In this document: one piece after another, positions 18,604-29,136 of the stretch | How positions within the stretch are numbered: position 1 is the first letter of the stretch | Layout of the letters: the number at the start of each line of letters is the position of its first letter | From: an uncultured Candidatus Saccharibacteria bacterium | Lineage (GTDB): Bacteria; Patescibacteriota; Saccharimonadia; Saccharimonadales; Saccharimonadaceae | Assembly: GCA_964523355.1 (NCBI GenBank) | Contig: CAZFZV010000001.1 | Coordinates: 2,213 to 66,212 of the forward strand | DNA length: 64,000 nucleotides | Reading direction: 5' to 3' | The notes under the pieces: model-generated | What the model was told of the DNA's origin: nothing | The model's database searches: none | Seen by the model: only the letters and a program-made list of their open reading frames with translations | Made by a program: the position numbers and the translations under genes

Positions 18604-19836
18604 CTAAGGATACCTGACGTCTATGTCGACGCAGCCTTTAATGCCCGGGACTTTACCGGTATCGGTCAGCTGCCACATATAGAACGGCCGTTCGTAAGTC
18701 GGATGATCGTAATATTGGGCGAGCCAAACTGGGCGCGTGTTGCGTTGCCAGAATTTATCCAGATAGTTTTTGCTACCGTAAAGCATACCATCATGACCAG
18801 CGGCTTCGACTGTACTGAGAAAAGTATCAGCCGCTTTCTGTAGAGTATAGAAACTCATACCAGCCCGATTAAAGTCATTCCACTCTTCCCAGTCGAACGC
18901 GACACCAAGTTCTAATGGATAGCCCTCAGCCTGCTGCAGAACCCACTCGGCTTGGCGACGAGCTTCGTCGACACTATCAGCGCAAGAATAATAGTATATA
19001 CCGACCGGTAGACCGGCGGTAGTCGCACCGGCAATATTATCCTTGAAATTTTTGTCCAAAACATATTCTCCGCCATATTCTGCTTGGTAACCAACACGAA
19101 TCATCGCGAATTCTATGCCAGCTGCGCGTACTTTCGCCCAATCAATCTCACCTTGCCATGATGAAACGTCGATACCAATTTCGGTATTGCCGTTTTTATA
19201 ACTTGCGGTAATTTCGGAAACCGGAGTCCCGGCGTCGGGATCGGCTTGCGAACCAGTCTGTCCACCGAATGCTTCCGACGGCTTAACAACATGGAGAGTA
19301 AAAGGCTGGCGCGTAGTATTGCCGCTCGCATCAGTCACTACATATTCTAGAGCGTAGTCACCGACTTTGTTCAAATCATATTTACCACTAATCTCGCGAA
19401 CTGGATGATCATCAGCATTATCACCGCTCAGCATTAAGTCGGTCAGATCACCGTCGTAGCCAATATTTACCGTATAGGCAGGCTGCCCGTAGATTACGGG
19501 CTTTGTCGTGTCGACAATATTGACCGTGAATTCCTTAGTGCGCTTTTTGTGTTTAACGTTATGATATTGGAATTTAACCTCAACTGGACCAAGCTGCGAA
19601 GTATCGACCGTCGGATCGTCGATCGCTGAGCCATCAAGATGCCAAATAAAATCGGAAACTTTCACATCGGTACCAAACTCAGCCGTCAAAGTATCGTTCA
19701 AGACTACCGATGTAGCGTCAAGGCGACGAGTTTCGACGATATCGTGGATCAGCCAAATCGTAAACCCGATAATCGCGAGCGCTACGACGCCAGCAATGAC
19801 CGCGATCATAGTTTTGCGTTGTTTGACGTTCATCAT
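18604..19836 (-). CDS. Membrane-anchored GH25 muramidase with Ig-like stalk domains
   Basis: N-terminal TM helix, DUF5011-like repeats (DTTKPVI...DASGN), GIDVSSWQG, FDWE, WQLTDTG. Confidence 0.9.
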   Translation of the reverse strand: MMNVKQRKTMIAVIAGVVALAIIGFTIWLIHDIVETRRLDATSVVLNDTLTAEFGTDVKVSDFIWHLDGSAIDDPTVDTSQLGPVEVKFQYHNVKHKKRTKEFTVNIVDTTKPVIYGQPAYTVNIGYDGDLTDLMLSGDNADDHPVREISGKYDLNKVGDYALEYVVTDASGNTTRQPFTLHVVKPSEAFGGQTGSQADPDAGTPVSEITASYKNGNTEIGIDVSSWQGEIDWAKVRAAGIEFAMIRVGYQAEYGGEYVLDKNFKDNIAGATTAGLPVGIYYYSCADSVDEARRQAEWVLQQAEGYPLELGVAFDWEEWNDFNRAGMSFYTLQKAADTFLSTVEAAGHDGMLYGSKNYLDKFWQRNTRPVWLAQYYDHPTYERPFYMWQLTDTGKVPGIKGCVDIDVRYP

Positions 19837-22224
19837 TTAATCCAGTTGCTCCTCAAGCATGGCGCGCGAAACATGAACCGTGGCGCCATCATCAACATCG
19901 CCCGACAACATCAACTTGGCAAGGAGGTTCTCAACCGTCTTCTGGACAATGCGACGCATCGGTCGAGCTCCCATTTGGGGGTCATAACCGCGCTCGACGA
20001 GAAGAGTCTTAGCATCTTCGTCGAGAACGACGGTAATTTTACGACTGGCGAGAGTACGATTGACAGACGCCAGCATCAGATCAACGACCTTAACTAAGTC
20101 GGTCTTAGAAAGCGGCTGGAAGACGCAAATTTCGTCGAAGCGATTCAAGAATTCAGGCTTAAATTCACCGGAGCGAATCAGCTCATCAATCAATTCTTGC
20201 TTCAGTTCCCCGAAATTGGCACCCTGCGCAGCGTATTCACGAATACGATTAGCGCCGGCGTTCGACGTAGCAATAATAATTGCGTCGCGGAAAGAAACCT
20301 CGTTGTTATGGATGTCGCGCAGAATGCCTTCATCGAGCATTTGTAGCAAAGTGGTCAAAACTTGCGGATGGGCTTTCTCAATCTCATCTAGCAAGACCAC
20401 ACAGAATGGCTGCTTCAGTACACGGGCAGTCAGACTTTCGGAATTTTCTGCGCCGTCGGCAATGAGTCGCGCTACATCATCGGCTGTAACGTATTCGTTG
20501 AGATCGACGCGGACAATGTGGTTCTCACCATTGAAGTAGACTTCAGAAATAGCTTTCGCAAGCTCAGTTTTGCCGACACCAGTAGGACCGAGAAACAGAA
20601 AAGTACCAATCGGTTTTTTGTCATCACGCACACCCACCGCGGCCCGACGCAAAGCATCAGAAACCGTCTTGACGGCAGCAGCCTGGTCAATCATACGCTG
20701 ATGGATCAACTCTTCCATATGTAGCAGTTGGGTACGTTCGGCAGAACCAGTCTGCATCTTAACGCCTTGGGTCTTTTCGATAGCTTTCTGGACGGATTCG
20801 GCCGTAATGAAGCCTTGTTCAGGATAATGGCAGGCAGTTTCGAGGAGCTTCAAAGCGCGGCCGGGCATGGCGATGTCGTGGATATAACGTTCGCCGAGAC
20901 GATAAGCTTCCGTCAGAGACCAAAAAGTGCAAATCACACCATATTTCGATTCGAGCAGAGGCGCCTGGTCTTGGAGAATTTTTAAGGTTTCGTCACGGTC
21001 GGCAGCCGGGACTTTAATTTTGTTCATCGTGTTCGTCAGAGTACTATTGCTGGCCGAAATCTCAAGAAACTTTTGTTCATTCATAATGAGAATCATGCGT
21101 AACCGCCCGGCTTCAAGAATCGGCAATAGTAAATTTGAGATATCAACCGACCCAATCCCCGATTCAAAGAAAAGCTGCGCGTTGTCGAGACAGATAATAA
21201 TATTCTTCGCCGCATAGGCTTCGTTTAAGATATGTATCATGAGACTCTCCATGGCGCCCGGCCCGCTTGCGGCGGATATGAGCGAAGCGGCATTCAGCAT
21301 GAAGACTTGCTGATATTTCAGACTGGAGGGGATGGGCGCATCGGCGTCCATGAGCGTACTGGCGACGGCGTCTACTACAGTACTACGCCCGGAACCGTCT
21401 GGACCAATCAAGGCGATATTCTGACGGCCGCGGCTAGAAAAGACTGAAATAATTTTATCGACGATTTCGTGGTGAGCGGCGAGGCGGATACGCGACTCGG
21501 CAGCGCTGGCACATTGCTCGGAAATGTTCGTACCGAAGCGCTGAAGCGTAGGAATATAACCAAAATTAAGATCCCGCGCGATACCGCCGGTGCGACGATG
21601 GCGCCGCGCACTCTTAACAAGACCGTGTAAATGATTATACCAAGTAATACCAGTATAAAGATCGACTAGTTCGAGCTTCATGCGGCGTAAAATCATATCA
21701 TGTTGAGGATGAGTTTCGATGAGGGCGATCATTAGCATACCGCCAGAAATCGTCTCGCCATCAACTTTTTGCCAAATTGCGCGGGCTTTGACAAAAATGG
21801 GCGTGATATCCGAGTCAATTTCGCGGGCGATATGAGCGAGACGCTCAGGAGAGAGCCCAAAGCGTAGCGCCAGGAAACGCCCGCTGCGCGTCTGATACAG
21901 GCCGCCAACGATACCCTGCGCCGTCGGCTGACGATCGAGCGTGCGCAAGACATTGGCGGATAACAAATCATTCACACTCTGGCTTGGTCCGGCGGGCACG
22001 CGGGCGACTTCGCAAAGGTCCCAAATCAGAAACATCGTCAGAAAAATTGCCAAGGCGAGCAACAGCCAGCCCAAAGGGTGATGCAAAACAAAGAGTAAAT
22101 AAATCGCACCGGCGACGCTGAGCGCTAAAAGTAGACCGATAGAGAACTTCGCTACGCCGAGCTGGAGGACTTTACCAGCTCGAGCTTCGCGGGCACGTAA
22201 ACTATTATAATCAAACTGATCCAT
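19837..22224 (-). CDS. Membrane-anchored Clp/Hsp100 AAA+ ATPase
   Basis: Two N-terminal TM helices. D2 intact (GPTGVGKT, LLDEIEK, FKPEFLNRFD, GARPMRR). D1 degenerate (GPDGSGRS, CLDNAQ). Confidence 0.85.
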   Translation of the reverse strand: MDQFDYNSLRAREARAGKVLQLGVAKFSIGLLLALSVAGAIYLLFVLHHPLGWLLLALAIFLTMFLIWDLCEVARVPAGPSQSVNDLLSANVLRTLDRQPTAQGIVGGLYQTRSGRFLALRFGLSPERLAHIAREIDSDITPIFVKARAIWQKVDGETISGGMLMIALIETHPQHDMILRRMKLELVDLYTGITWYNHLHGLVKSARRHRRTGGIARDLNFGYIPTLQRFGTNISEQCASAAESRIRLAAHHEIVDKIISVFSSRGRQNIALIGPDGSGRSTVVDAVASTLMDADAPIPSSLKYQQVFMLNAASLISAASGPGAMESLMIHILNEAYAAKNIIICLDNAQLFFESGIGSVDISNLLLPILEAGRLRMILIMNEQKFLEISASNSTLTNTMNKIKVPAADRDETLKILQDQAPLLESKYGVICTFWSLTEAYRLGERYIHDIAMPGRALKLLETACHYPEQGFITAESVQKAIEKTQGVKMQTGSAERTQLLHMEELIHQRMIDQAAAVKTVSDALRRAAVGVRDDKKPIGTFLFLGPTGVGKTELAKAISEVYFNGENHIVRVDLNEYVTADDVARLIADGAENSESLTARVLKQPFCVVLLDEIEKAHPQVLTTLLQMLDEGILRDIHNNEVSFRDAIIIATSNAGANRIREYAAQGANFGELKQELIDELIRSGEFKPEFLNRFDEICVFQPLSKTDLVKVVDLMLASVNRTLASRKITVVLDEDAKTLLVERGYDPQMGARPMRRIVQKTVENLLAKLMLSGDVDDGATVHVSRAMLEEQLD

Positions 22225-22601
22225 TAAAACCTCACTTGGATTAATGCGCAGAACAGACAAACTACGATGAGCAGGGGAGCAAGTGGCCAAAGGAGAGCAA
22301 CGAGAGCGCCAAAGATTGCGCGCAGAATAATAACAATCGTGCCAACCACGAGCAGAAAGAGACGGACAATGGTGCCGACAATGCGAGAGAAGAGGCGATC
22401 GACGAAGGCGGAAAGCTTAATACTGAGGTCGGAGCTGACGACTTCTCCCGCGGAAATTTGGCGAAAGGGCGCAAAGAGATGCCGCACCAGCAAACCGACG
22501 GAAAAGAAGTCGACGGCGTTTTTGAGTTGATCAACGAAATGTTGCAGATAGAGTCGCCAACCGCGCGTGTACCACCACTGAAACATTCCGAGTATAAGCA
22601 T
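22224..22601 (-). CDS. Small membrane protein translationally coupled to the Clp ATPase
   Basis: Hydrophobic C-terminal helices; TAATG stop/start overlap at 22224. Confidence 0.75.
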   Translation of the reverse strand: MLILGMFQWWYTRGWRLYLQHFVDQLKNAVDFFSVGLLVRHLFAPFRQISAGEVVSSDLSIKLSAFVDRLFSRIVGTIVRLFLLVVGTIVIILRAIFGALVALLWPLAPLLIVVCLFCALIQVRF

Positions 22602-22628
22602 ATAATTATTATACAGGATGAAACCTAT

Positions 22629-23264
22629 CTAGGCTAGGGCCGGAGCGCTGATAGTCTGGGAACGCACGAGCTGGCGAATAGCGTCAAAGAGGTAAGGCTT
22701 ATAGACGGCAAGCTCGAAAGGCTCAGAGTTCATGATACAAGAAAAACAAGTCGAGCTAGTTAGCTCAATTACCATATAAAGTAAAATCTTGGGATTTTTT
22801 AGCTGGATACCGCTGCGCTCAGCGCCTTGGGTCAGGATGTGGAGAATATTGACATTTTGATTAGTAAAAAGCTCACCGAGTTGCTGATTAAAGACACCTA
22901 GAGAAAGGTCCTTTTCGATGAGTTTAAGAGCTTCCTTATTGCTAGCCAAAATATCAGTTACGTAGTCGATAATGAAGATAATTTGGTCTTCAAAACCAGT
23001 AATATTGGTCTGGCAAAGAGCGTTCAAGGCGCGCTTGAAAAGTTCGTTCGACTTCTGAGTAATCAAGCAACGGCGTAAATCTTCCTTGTCGCGAAAGTAG
23101 AGGTAAAAAGTGCCTTTCGCGACTCCGGCACGTTCGGCAATTTCTTGGACTGAGACTGAATCGAAGCCCTGCTCAAGGAAAAGTTGGTAAGCAGCTTCAA
23201 GAAGACGATTGTTTTTCGTAATCCGTTTGTCACGGCGCTTCCCTACCTGCTGTATTAAAGTCAT
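22629..23264 (-). CDS. TetR/AcrR family regulator
   Basis: AAYQLFLEQGFDSVSVQEIAERAGVAKGTFYLYF. Confidence 0.92.
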   Translation of the reverse strand: MTLIQQVGKRRDKRITKNNRLLEAAYQLFLEQGFDSVSVQEIAERAGVAKGTFYLYFRDKEDLRRCLITQKSNELFKRALNALCQTNITGFEDQIIFIIDYVTDILASNKEALKLIEKDLSLGVFNQQLGELFTNQNVNILHILTQGAERSGIQLKNPKILLYMVIELTSSTCFSCIMNSEPFELAVYKPYLFDAIRQLVRSQTISAPALA

Positions 23265-23319
23265 GTTTGTATTATAACTTTTAGGATGCGAAAAGTAAAG
23301 CATGAAATGTGACTAAAAA

Positions 23320-23399
23320 ATGACTGTTGGTCATAAAATGTCTTGACAAACCTGTTTTATAGATATAAAATCGGATGTATAAAACTGACCGTTGGTCAG
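23320..23399. promoter_or_regulatory. MMPL operon promoter flanked by two putative TetR operators
   Basis: ATGACTGTTGGTCAT (23320-23334) and CTGACCGTTGGTCAG (23385-23399); TTGACA(23343)-17 nt-TAAAAT(23366). Confidence 0.7.
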
Positions 23400-23437
23400 A
23401 AAATAATAAGTAAACGTTAATTAAATGGAGCGAAGAA

Positions 23438-25519
23438 ATGCAGAAAATTAGTGAATTTATCTGTCGACATCGTCTAGGGATCGTCATTGGCTCGTTGCTA
23501 CTGATGATTCCGGCAATATTTGGCTATCTCGCGACGAAAGTCAACTATGACTTATTGGTCTATTTGCCGTCAGATATTGAAACGATTAAAGGTCAAGAAA
23601 TCATGACGGAAGAATTTGGGACCGGGGCGTTCTCAGTGGCGGTTTTGAAAAATCTGCCGGCGAAAGAAACTTTGGAGCTGGAAGATAAAATTCGCGGAGT
23701 CGAGAGCGTCAATCAGGTCCTCAGCCTAGCGGATTTGACCGGTACGACGATACCACTAGAATTTCTGCCGACCGAAGTGCGCCAAAAGGCGACACATGAT
23801 GATACGCAGCTGATGATAATTACATTCGCTAATGGGACGAGTGATGAGGCGACGCTGGCGGCGGTAGAAGAAATCCGAGAAATTACAGGCGAAAGTTGTC
23901 TGATTGGCGGGATGAGCGCGATGGTACTTGATACGAAAATTCTGTTTAATAGTGAAACAATCTTGTATGTCAGCATTGCAGTGGCGCTATCATTGGTTGT
24001 CCTATTGCTATGTCTGGACTCGTTCGTAGTGCCATTCTTACTGCTGGGTAGTATTGGAATTGCGCTGCTATTTAATATGGGTACGAATATCTTCCTCGGC
24101 GAAATTTCTTACATCACGCAAGCGATTAGCGCCGTGCTACAGCTGGGCGTGACGATGGACTTTTCGATTTTCTTGTACCACAAATATGAAGCGGCGAAGA
24201 AACAAGAAAAGGACCGCCTGAAAGCTATGAGCAGCGCGATTCGAGAAACAGCCACGTCGGTCGTCGGAAGCGCGCTGACAACTTTTGCGGGATTCTTGGC
24301 GCTATGTACGATGAGCCTGACCCTCGGCACGGACATTGGGATTGTAATGGCGAAAGGCGTGGTCTTGGGTGTAGTTTGCGCAATTACGACTTTTCCAGCT
24401 TTACTATTGGTCTGCGATAAATGGGTCGAGAAAACACGACACAAAGTCGTAATTCCGGAGTTCAAAACAGTGACGAATTTTATCGTCGCGAAACGCAAAA
24501 TTATTCTAGCAATTTTCCTAATATTATTAATCCCAGCATATTTAATTCAAAGTAAAACGGAAGTTTATTACAAACTGGATTCGTCAATTCCGGAAAGTTA
24601 TGAATATACGCGAGCCATGACGGCGCTGCGAGAAGACTATGGGATGGAATCACAGATGATGATCTTAACCAGAAATGAGACGAGCAACGCCGAGGTGAAT
24701 GCAATGGCGCACGAAATCGAAAGTTTGGATGGCGTAGATGCGGTAGTCGGGTCGAGTTTGCTATCGGACTATGGAATCACTACGGATATCATGGGCGACG
24801 AACTGCGCTCGGTCCTGGAGACGGAAGATTATTCGATGATGTTGGTCTTGTCAAACTATGGAATTGCGACTGACGAGCTCAACCAGCAAATTGCGCAGAT
24901 TAATGAGATTGTCGACGCACATGACGAGGGAGCGATAGTGGCGGGTGAGGGACCACTAATGAAAGATCTGGTCGAGACTTCGGACCGAGATTTCACGAAT
25001 GTAAACTTTGTGTCGATTGGCGTGATTTTCGTAATTATGGCGCTGGTCTTGAAGTCAATTTCCCTGCCGGTACTTTTGATGGCGGCGATTGAGTTTGCGA
25101 TTTTCATCAACCTCGGGTGCGCGTTCTTGACTGGTACGGAGATTCCGTTCATTGCGTCGATTGTGATTGGGACAATCCAGCTCGGAGCGACGATCGACTA
25201 TGCGATTTTGCTCACAACTAAATATTTGGAGGAGCGGAAAAACGGCAAAGCAAAAGTCCAGGCGGCGAAGACCGCGCTCGGGAGCTCAATTCAATCAATT
25301 TTCGTGAGCGCGATGTGCTTCTTCGGCGCGACCATCGGAGTCGGATTATTCTCGCAGATTGATATGATTGGTTCGCTGTGTACGTTGATCGCGCGAGGAG
25401 CGATCGTCAGTATGGTGATCGTCGTGACAGTCGTGCCAGCGCTCTTGGTATCGTGCGATGGATTGATTCGGAAGACAACGTTAGGATTTAAGGAAACAGC
25501 GCGGAAAATTGCGCAGTAA
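23438..25519 (+). CDS. MMPL/RND family transporter
   Basis: Two TM-bundle repeats with LGVTMDFSIFL and LGATIDYAILL. Confidence 0.9.
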   Translation: MQKISEFICRHRLGIVIGSLLLMIPAIFGYLATKVNYDLLVYLPSDIETIKGQEIMTEEFGTGAFSVAVLKNLPAKETLELEDKIRGVESVNQVLSLADLTGTTIPLEFLPTEVRQKATHDDTQLMIITFANGTSDEATLAAVEEIREITGESCLIGGMSAMVLDTKILFNSETILYVSIAVALSLVVLLLCLDSFVVPFLLLGSIGIALLFNMGTNIFLGEISYITQAISAVLQLGVTMDFSIFLYHKYEAAKKQEKDRLKAMSSAIRETATSVVGSALTTFAGFLALCTMSLTLGTDIGIVMAKGVVLGVVCAITTFPALLLVCDKWVEKTRHKVVIPEFKTVTNFIVAKRKIILAIFLILLIPAYLIQSKTEVYYKLDSSIPESYEYTRAMTALREDYGMESQMMILTRNETSNAEVNAMAHEIESLDGVDAVVGSSLLSDYGITTDIMGDELRSVLETEDYSMMLVLSNYGIATDELNQQIAQINEIVDAHDEGAIVAGEGPLMKDLVETSDRDFTNVNFVSIGVIFVIMALVLKSISLPVLLMAAIEFAIFINLGCAFLTGTEIPFIASIVIGTIQLGATIDYAILLTTKYLEERKNGKAKVQAAKTALGSSIQSIFVSAMCFFGATIGVGLFSQIDMIGSLCTLIARGAIVSMVIVVTVVPALLVSCDGLIRKTTLGFKETARKIAQ

Positions 25520-25533
25520 GAGAAAGGAAGTTT

Positions 25534-27030
25534 ATGAAAAAGTATCAAAAGCAAATTATCGGAATAGCAATCATGGGGATGGCGGCGCTGCTGCCGGCAA
25601 GCACAACGCAGGCGCTAGCGCAAGACGAAACGGTGTATGCGAAGCTCGGAAGCGACGGAGCGGCTTACGAAACTTCTGTAGTCGAGCATCTCAAAAACGA
25701 CAAGAAAGATTATCAACTGTTCGATAAAACTAACTTGCGCGATATTGAAAATTTGAATGGGTTTGAGAATTTCGTAGTCGAGGACGGCAAGGTAATTTGG
25801 AACGCGAACGGGAAAGATATTTATTACCGTGGCAAGACGCAAGCGGAGTTGCCAGTACAGCTCAGCGTGACTTATAAAATGAACGGCGAGATCAAAACGC
25901 TGGAGGAAATCGTAGGAAAGTCGGGCGAATTTGAGGTGAGCTATAAGTTCAAGAATTTGTCGAAAGTTGGGGATATGTATACGCCGTTTGTGGCAGCGCT
26001 GGCGACAAGTTTTAAGGAGGGAGCAGTGTCGGGCCTAGATGTGCAGAATGGCAAAGTCGAAAGCAATGGACGAACGCTCGCGGTGGCGGGAGTAGCGGCG
26101 CCCGGACTATACGAGAGCCTAGGAATTGAAGAACTAAAAGGCACCGATGAAATTAGCTTGAAATTTGAAACTGAAAAATTCGAGATGAATGATGTCTACG
26201 TGGTCGTGACACCAAAGTTGCTGGAGAGTGAAGATCTGAGAGTGTTCGCAGAGCTTGACAGTCTGTCGGAGAGTGCGAATGTCTTAGCAAATAGCAGTAA
26301 ACAGCTGGTCGATGGGAGCGGTCGCCTGAAGGCAGGGCTCGCAGAATTGCAGGCGGGGATTATGGCGGCGAAACAGCAAATTGGCAGCTTCGCGGCGAAC
26401 ATTGATAGCGGTATGATGGCGCAGATCAAGAATCTCGCCGCGGCGCAAGCGGAGCAAGCTGTCGAAACGAAGCGAGCGGAGATTGAGGCGGGAGTCGCAG
26501 CCCAGTTGGCAGGGAATAATGTATTGAAGAATGCGCTACATTTACAGGCTCAGGCGATGTGTAGCGCACAAATTGGCGGAGCAGCTTGTCCAGACGTACA
26601 AGTGCAAGCCGTGGAGGCGCAATTACTCACAGAGGTCAAACAACAATTAGCCGAAAGCTCAATGACAATCGCAAAGCAGACTGCGCGCGAAACCGCGAGC
26701 GCGACCGCCGAGCAAGTCGCGACACAAGTTGCGAGTACAATACAAGCTAAAGTAGCGCCAGCTGTAACTGGAGCGCTGGATACAATCTTGGGCGGCGTAA
26801 ACCAACTGGCGCAAGGGGCGAATGATTTGAATGCGGGGATGACAAAATTCGATCAGACCGGAATTCAGCCGCTAGCAGATTTCGTCAATGGAAAAATCAA
26901 AGTAACTGCGAATCGAGTCGAGAGATTACTACAACTCGCGGACGATTATCGAAGCTATGCTGGCATTGTGGAAGACGTAAAGGGCGAGACGAAGTTTGTC
27001 TTAATGATCGAGGGTAGGAAAGCGAAATAG
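25534..27030 (+). CDS. Secreted coiled-coil protein (YhgE/Pip-like) associated with MMPL
   Basis: Signal peptide, DETVY motif, LxxGxxxL heptad repeats; typical MMPL partner. Confidence 0.65.
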   Translation: MKKYQKQIIGIAIMGMAALLPASTTQALAQDETVYAKLGSDGAAYETSVVEHLKNDKKDYQLFDKTNLRDIENLNGFENFVVEDGKVIWNANGKDIYYRGKTQAELPVQLSVTYKMNGEIKTLEEIVGKSGEFEVSYKFKNLSKVGDMYTPFVAALATSFKEGAVSGLDVQNGKVESNGRTLAVAGVAAPGLYESLGIEELKGTDEISLKFETEKFEMNDVYVVVTPKLLESEDLRVFAELDSLSESANVLANSSKQLVDGSGRLKAGLAELQAGIMAAKQQIGSFAANIDSGMMAQIKNLAAAQAEQAVETKRAEIEAGVAAQLAGNNVLKNALHLQAQAMCSAQIGGAACPDVQVQAVEAQLLTEVKQQLAESSMTIAKQTARETASATAEQVATQVASTIQAKVAPAVTGALDTILGGVNQLAQGANDLNAGMTKFDQTGIQPLADFVNGKIKVTANRVERLLQLADDYRSYAGIVEDVKGETKFVLMIEGRKAK

Positions 27031-27044
27031 GCTAGTAGGCTGAG

Positions 27045-28703
27045 CTAGACCAAGTCGGAATTAAGATAGTAATAATATTCGAGTAGCTCCGGAGAATAAT
27101 TCTTGATCACGGCAAGTGCGGGGCGCTTAGTCTGTGCATCCACCTCGTTGCGGGACGGGAGGATGAGCATACGAGTAATACCGATTTGCTCGACGAAAGC
27201 CGGGTTGTGACTGACCATAATAATTGTACCAGTATAATCTTTGAGATTCTCACCGATAATCTTCTGAGTTTCGGGATCGAAGTGATTAGTCGGCTCATCG
27301 AGAATGATAAGATTAGCGCGCTGGAGGAGGATTTTACAAAGCGCAACTCGGGCTTTCTCGCCGGGGGATAAAACTGCGATCTTTTTATAAACGTCGTCAT
27401 CGTAGAAAAGAAAATTACTTAACATACTACGGAGTTCTGTGTCGGTAAAATCATAACTTTGGACGTTTTCGAGAATCGTACGGCGCTCATCTAAGATTTC
27501 GAGCTCCTGCGCATAATAAGCGATGGTGGTATTCTGGTTGAGAATGATCGAACCTGCCTTGGGCTGGAGTTCGCCGACAATGAGCTTCAATAAAGTAGAT
27601 TTTCCGACGCCGTTTTCGCCCACGATGAGGAACTTTTCGCCACGAGTCAAAGAAAAATTGAGACGTTCGTAGAGCAAATTATCCGGTTCGTAGCCGAAAG
27701 AAAGATTTTGGACTTCGAGCGGAACCTTGCCGCCGAGCTGCGCGGGAGTGATGCGCATTTCGACACGCGCGTATTCACGTTCGCGAGTGCCAAGTTCGCT
27801 AAGCTTCTTCGCAAGAACTTTTTCGCGTTGATGGCCCATACCGATGAGCGCAGTATTAGAGCGTTTCGCAGCACGCGCACGGGTAACAAATTCACTGAGG
27901 CGTTTAATTTCCCTTTCCTGCTCGGTAATACGCGCGTCTTCGGCAGCTTTTTCTTCAGCATATTGACGGCGAAAATCAGCGTAGTTACCACGATAAACTT
28001 TCATTTTGTGGGTAGTTTTATTTACAAAAAGTGTCTTATTCGTCACGGTGTTGAGAAAATCAATGTCGTGCGAAATGACGAGCACCATACCGTGATAATT
28101 GCGCAGATAATTAGCGACGAAACGTTTAGTCACGACATCGAGATGGTTGGTCGGTTCGTCAAGCAGCAAGAGCCCAGCATTCTCGAAAAGGACACGGGCG
28201 AAAGCAACTTTGGATTTCTGACCACCAGAAAGTTCACGCATTTTTTGATCAACGAGGTCGGAAAGATGCATCTTGTCGAGAATTTTGAGTAGCTCGTAGT
28301 CGAAATTAGCCAGATCGTAAGAATCAATCAGGTCTTGGAGCTTGGTAATACGATCGAGGATGGTCGTACTGTCCGGATATTTGGCAAGTTTTTCGTATTC
28401 GGCATTAAGCTGAGCCTGGAGATCGTCTACGGGACGGCCAGCCGCGACATATTCCCAGACCGTAATGTCGTCGTGCTCGGGAGGAATAGTAACCTCCTGC
28501 GGCAGATAACCCAGGCGGAGACTAGGCAACTCAATATCACCCGAATCAAGCTCTTGCTGGCCGAGAATTATACGGAAAAGCGTCGTCTTCCCGGCGCCAT
28601 TGACACCAACAATGCCAGCCTTGTCTTCAGAATCAAGGCGAAAGTTACAGTCGTCGTAAATGATTTTTGTGCCGTAGGCGAGATGGAGGTGGGAGGCGTT
28701 CAT
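27045..28703 (-). CDS. ABC-F family ATP-binding protein
   Basis: Two ABC domains (GVNGAGKTT/LSGGQ/LLDEPTNHLD and GENGVGKST/LSPGE), no TM segments. Confidence 0.92.
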   Translation of the reverse strand: MNASHLHLAYGTKIIYDDCNFRLDSEDKAGIVGVNGAGKTTLFRIILGQQELDSGDIELPSLRLGYLPQEVTIPPEHDDITVWEYVAAGRPVDDLQAQLNAEYEKLAKYPDSTTILDRITKLQDLIDSYDLANFDYELLKILDKMHLSDLVDQKMRELSGGQKSKVAFARVLFENAGLLLLDEPTNHLDVVTKRFVANYLRNYHGMVLVISHDIDFLNTVTNKTLFVNKTTHKMKVYRGNYADFRRQYAEEKAAEDARITEQEREIKRLSEFVTRARAAKRSNTALIGMGHQREKVLAKKLSELGTREREYARVEMRITPAQLGGKVPLEVQNLSFGYEPDNLLYERLNFSLTRGEKFLIVGENGVGKSTLLKLIVGELQPKAGSIILNQNTTIAYYAQELEILDERRTILENVQSYDFTDTELRSMLSNFLFYDDDVYKKIAVLSPGEKARVALCKILLQRANLIILDEPTNHFDPETQKIIGENLKDYTGTIIMVSHNPAFVEQIGITRMLILPSRNEVDAQTKRPALAVIKNYSPELLEYYYYLNSDLV

Positions 28704-28944
28704 TTGCTAATTATAGCACAGCTTCTCGATAGAATACTGCGTGACATAGTTGAGCACATCAGGAAGCTTAAACTCTAACGCGAAAAAAAATTAGGCTTCA
28801 CCCAAAAACTGCGAAAGGATAACTTTTGACGGCGCAAATAATCTTTCACGCTCGTACTCTAAAAGTTCAAGCCCTAGCTGTTGGACAATGGAAAAATCAT
28901 CAAGGTTTGCGCGTCTAGTTTTTTATTGCTAATATTTATAAAAC

Positions 28945-28961
28945 TGGTACGCCCGACAGGA
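28945..28961 (-). repeat. 17-bp duplicate of the tRNA-Arg(CCG) 3' end (att-like)
   Basis: TGGTACGCCCGACAGGA is identical at 28945-28961 and 29137-29153. Confidence 0.85.
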
Positions 28962-29103
28962 ACAATCTTTTCCTTTGGAAAAGATTGCCGCAGTCGCAGC
29001 GTCCAAAAAGCAAACAAGTCTTGCTTTTTGTTCTACAGCCGCTCCTGCGTTACGAACCTAGCCATACTGGCTCCTGATTCTTATATCAGACGAATGTTAA
29101 AAA

Positions 29104-29135
29104 CTTAAAAATATTTCAAATGAAATATTTTTAAG
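29104..29135 (-). terminator. Inverted repeat downstream of tRNA-Arg(CCG)
   Basis: 15-bp arms CTTAAAAATATTTCA/TGAAATATTTTTAAG. Confidence 0.65.
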
Positions 29136-29136
29136 T

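Noticed and set aside
28780-28944. Possible serine-recombinase C-terminal relic (ERITFDG in one frame) beside the att-like repeat
   Set aside because: Seven residues amid stops is too little to support a call without a homology search.
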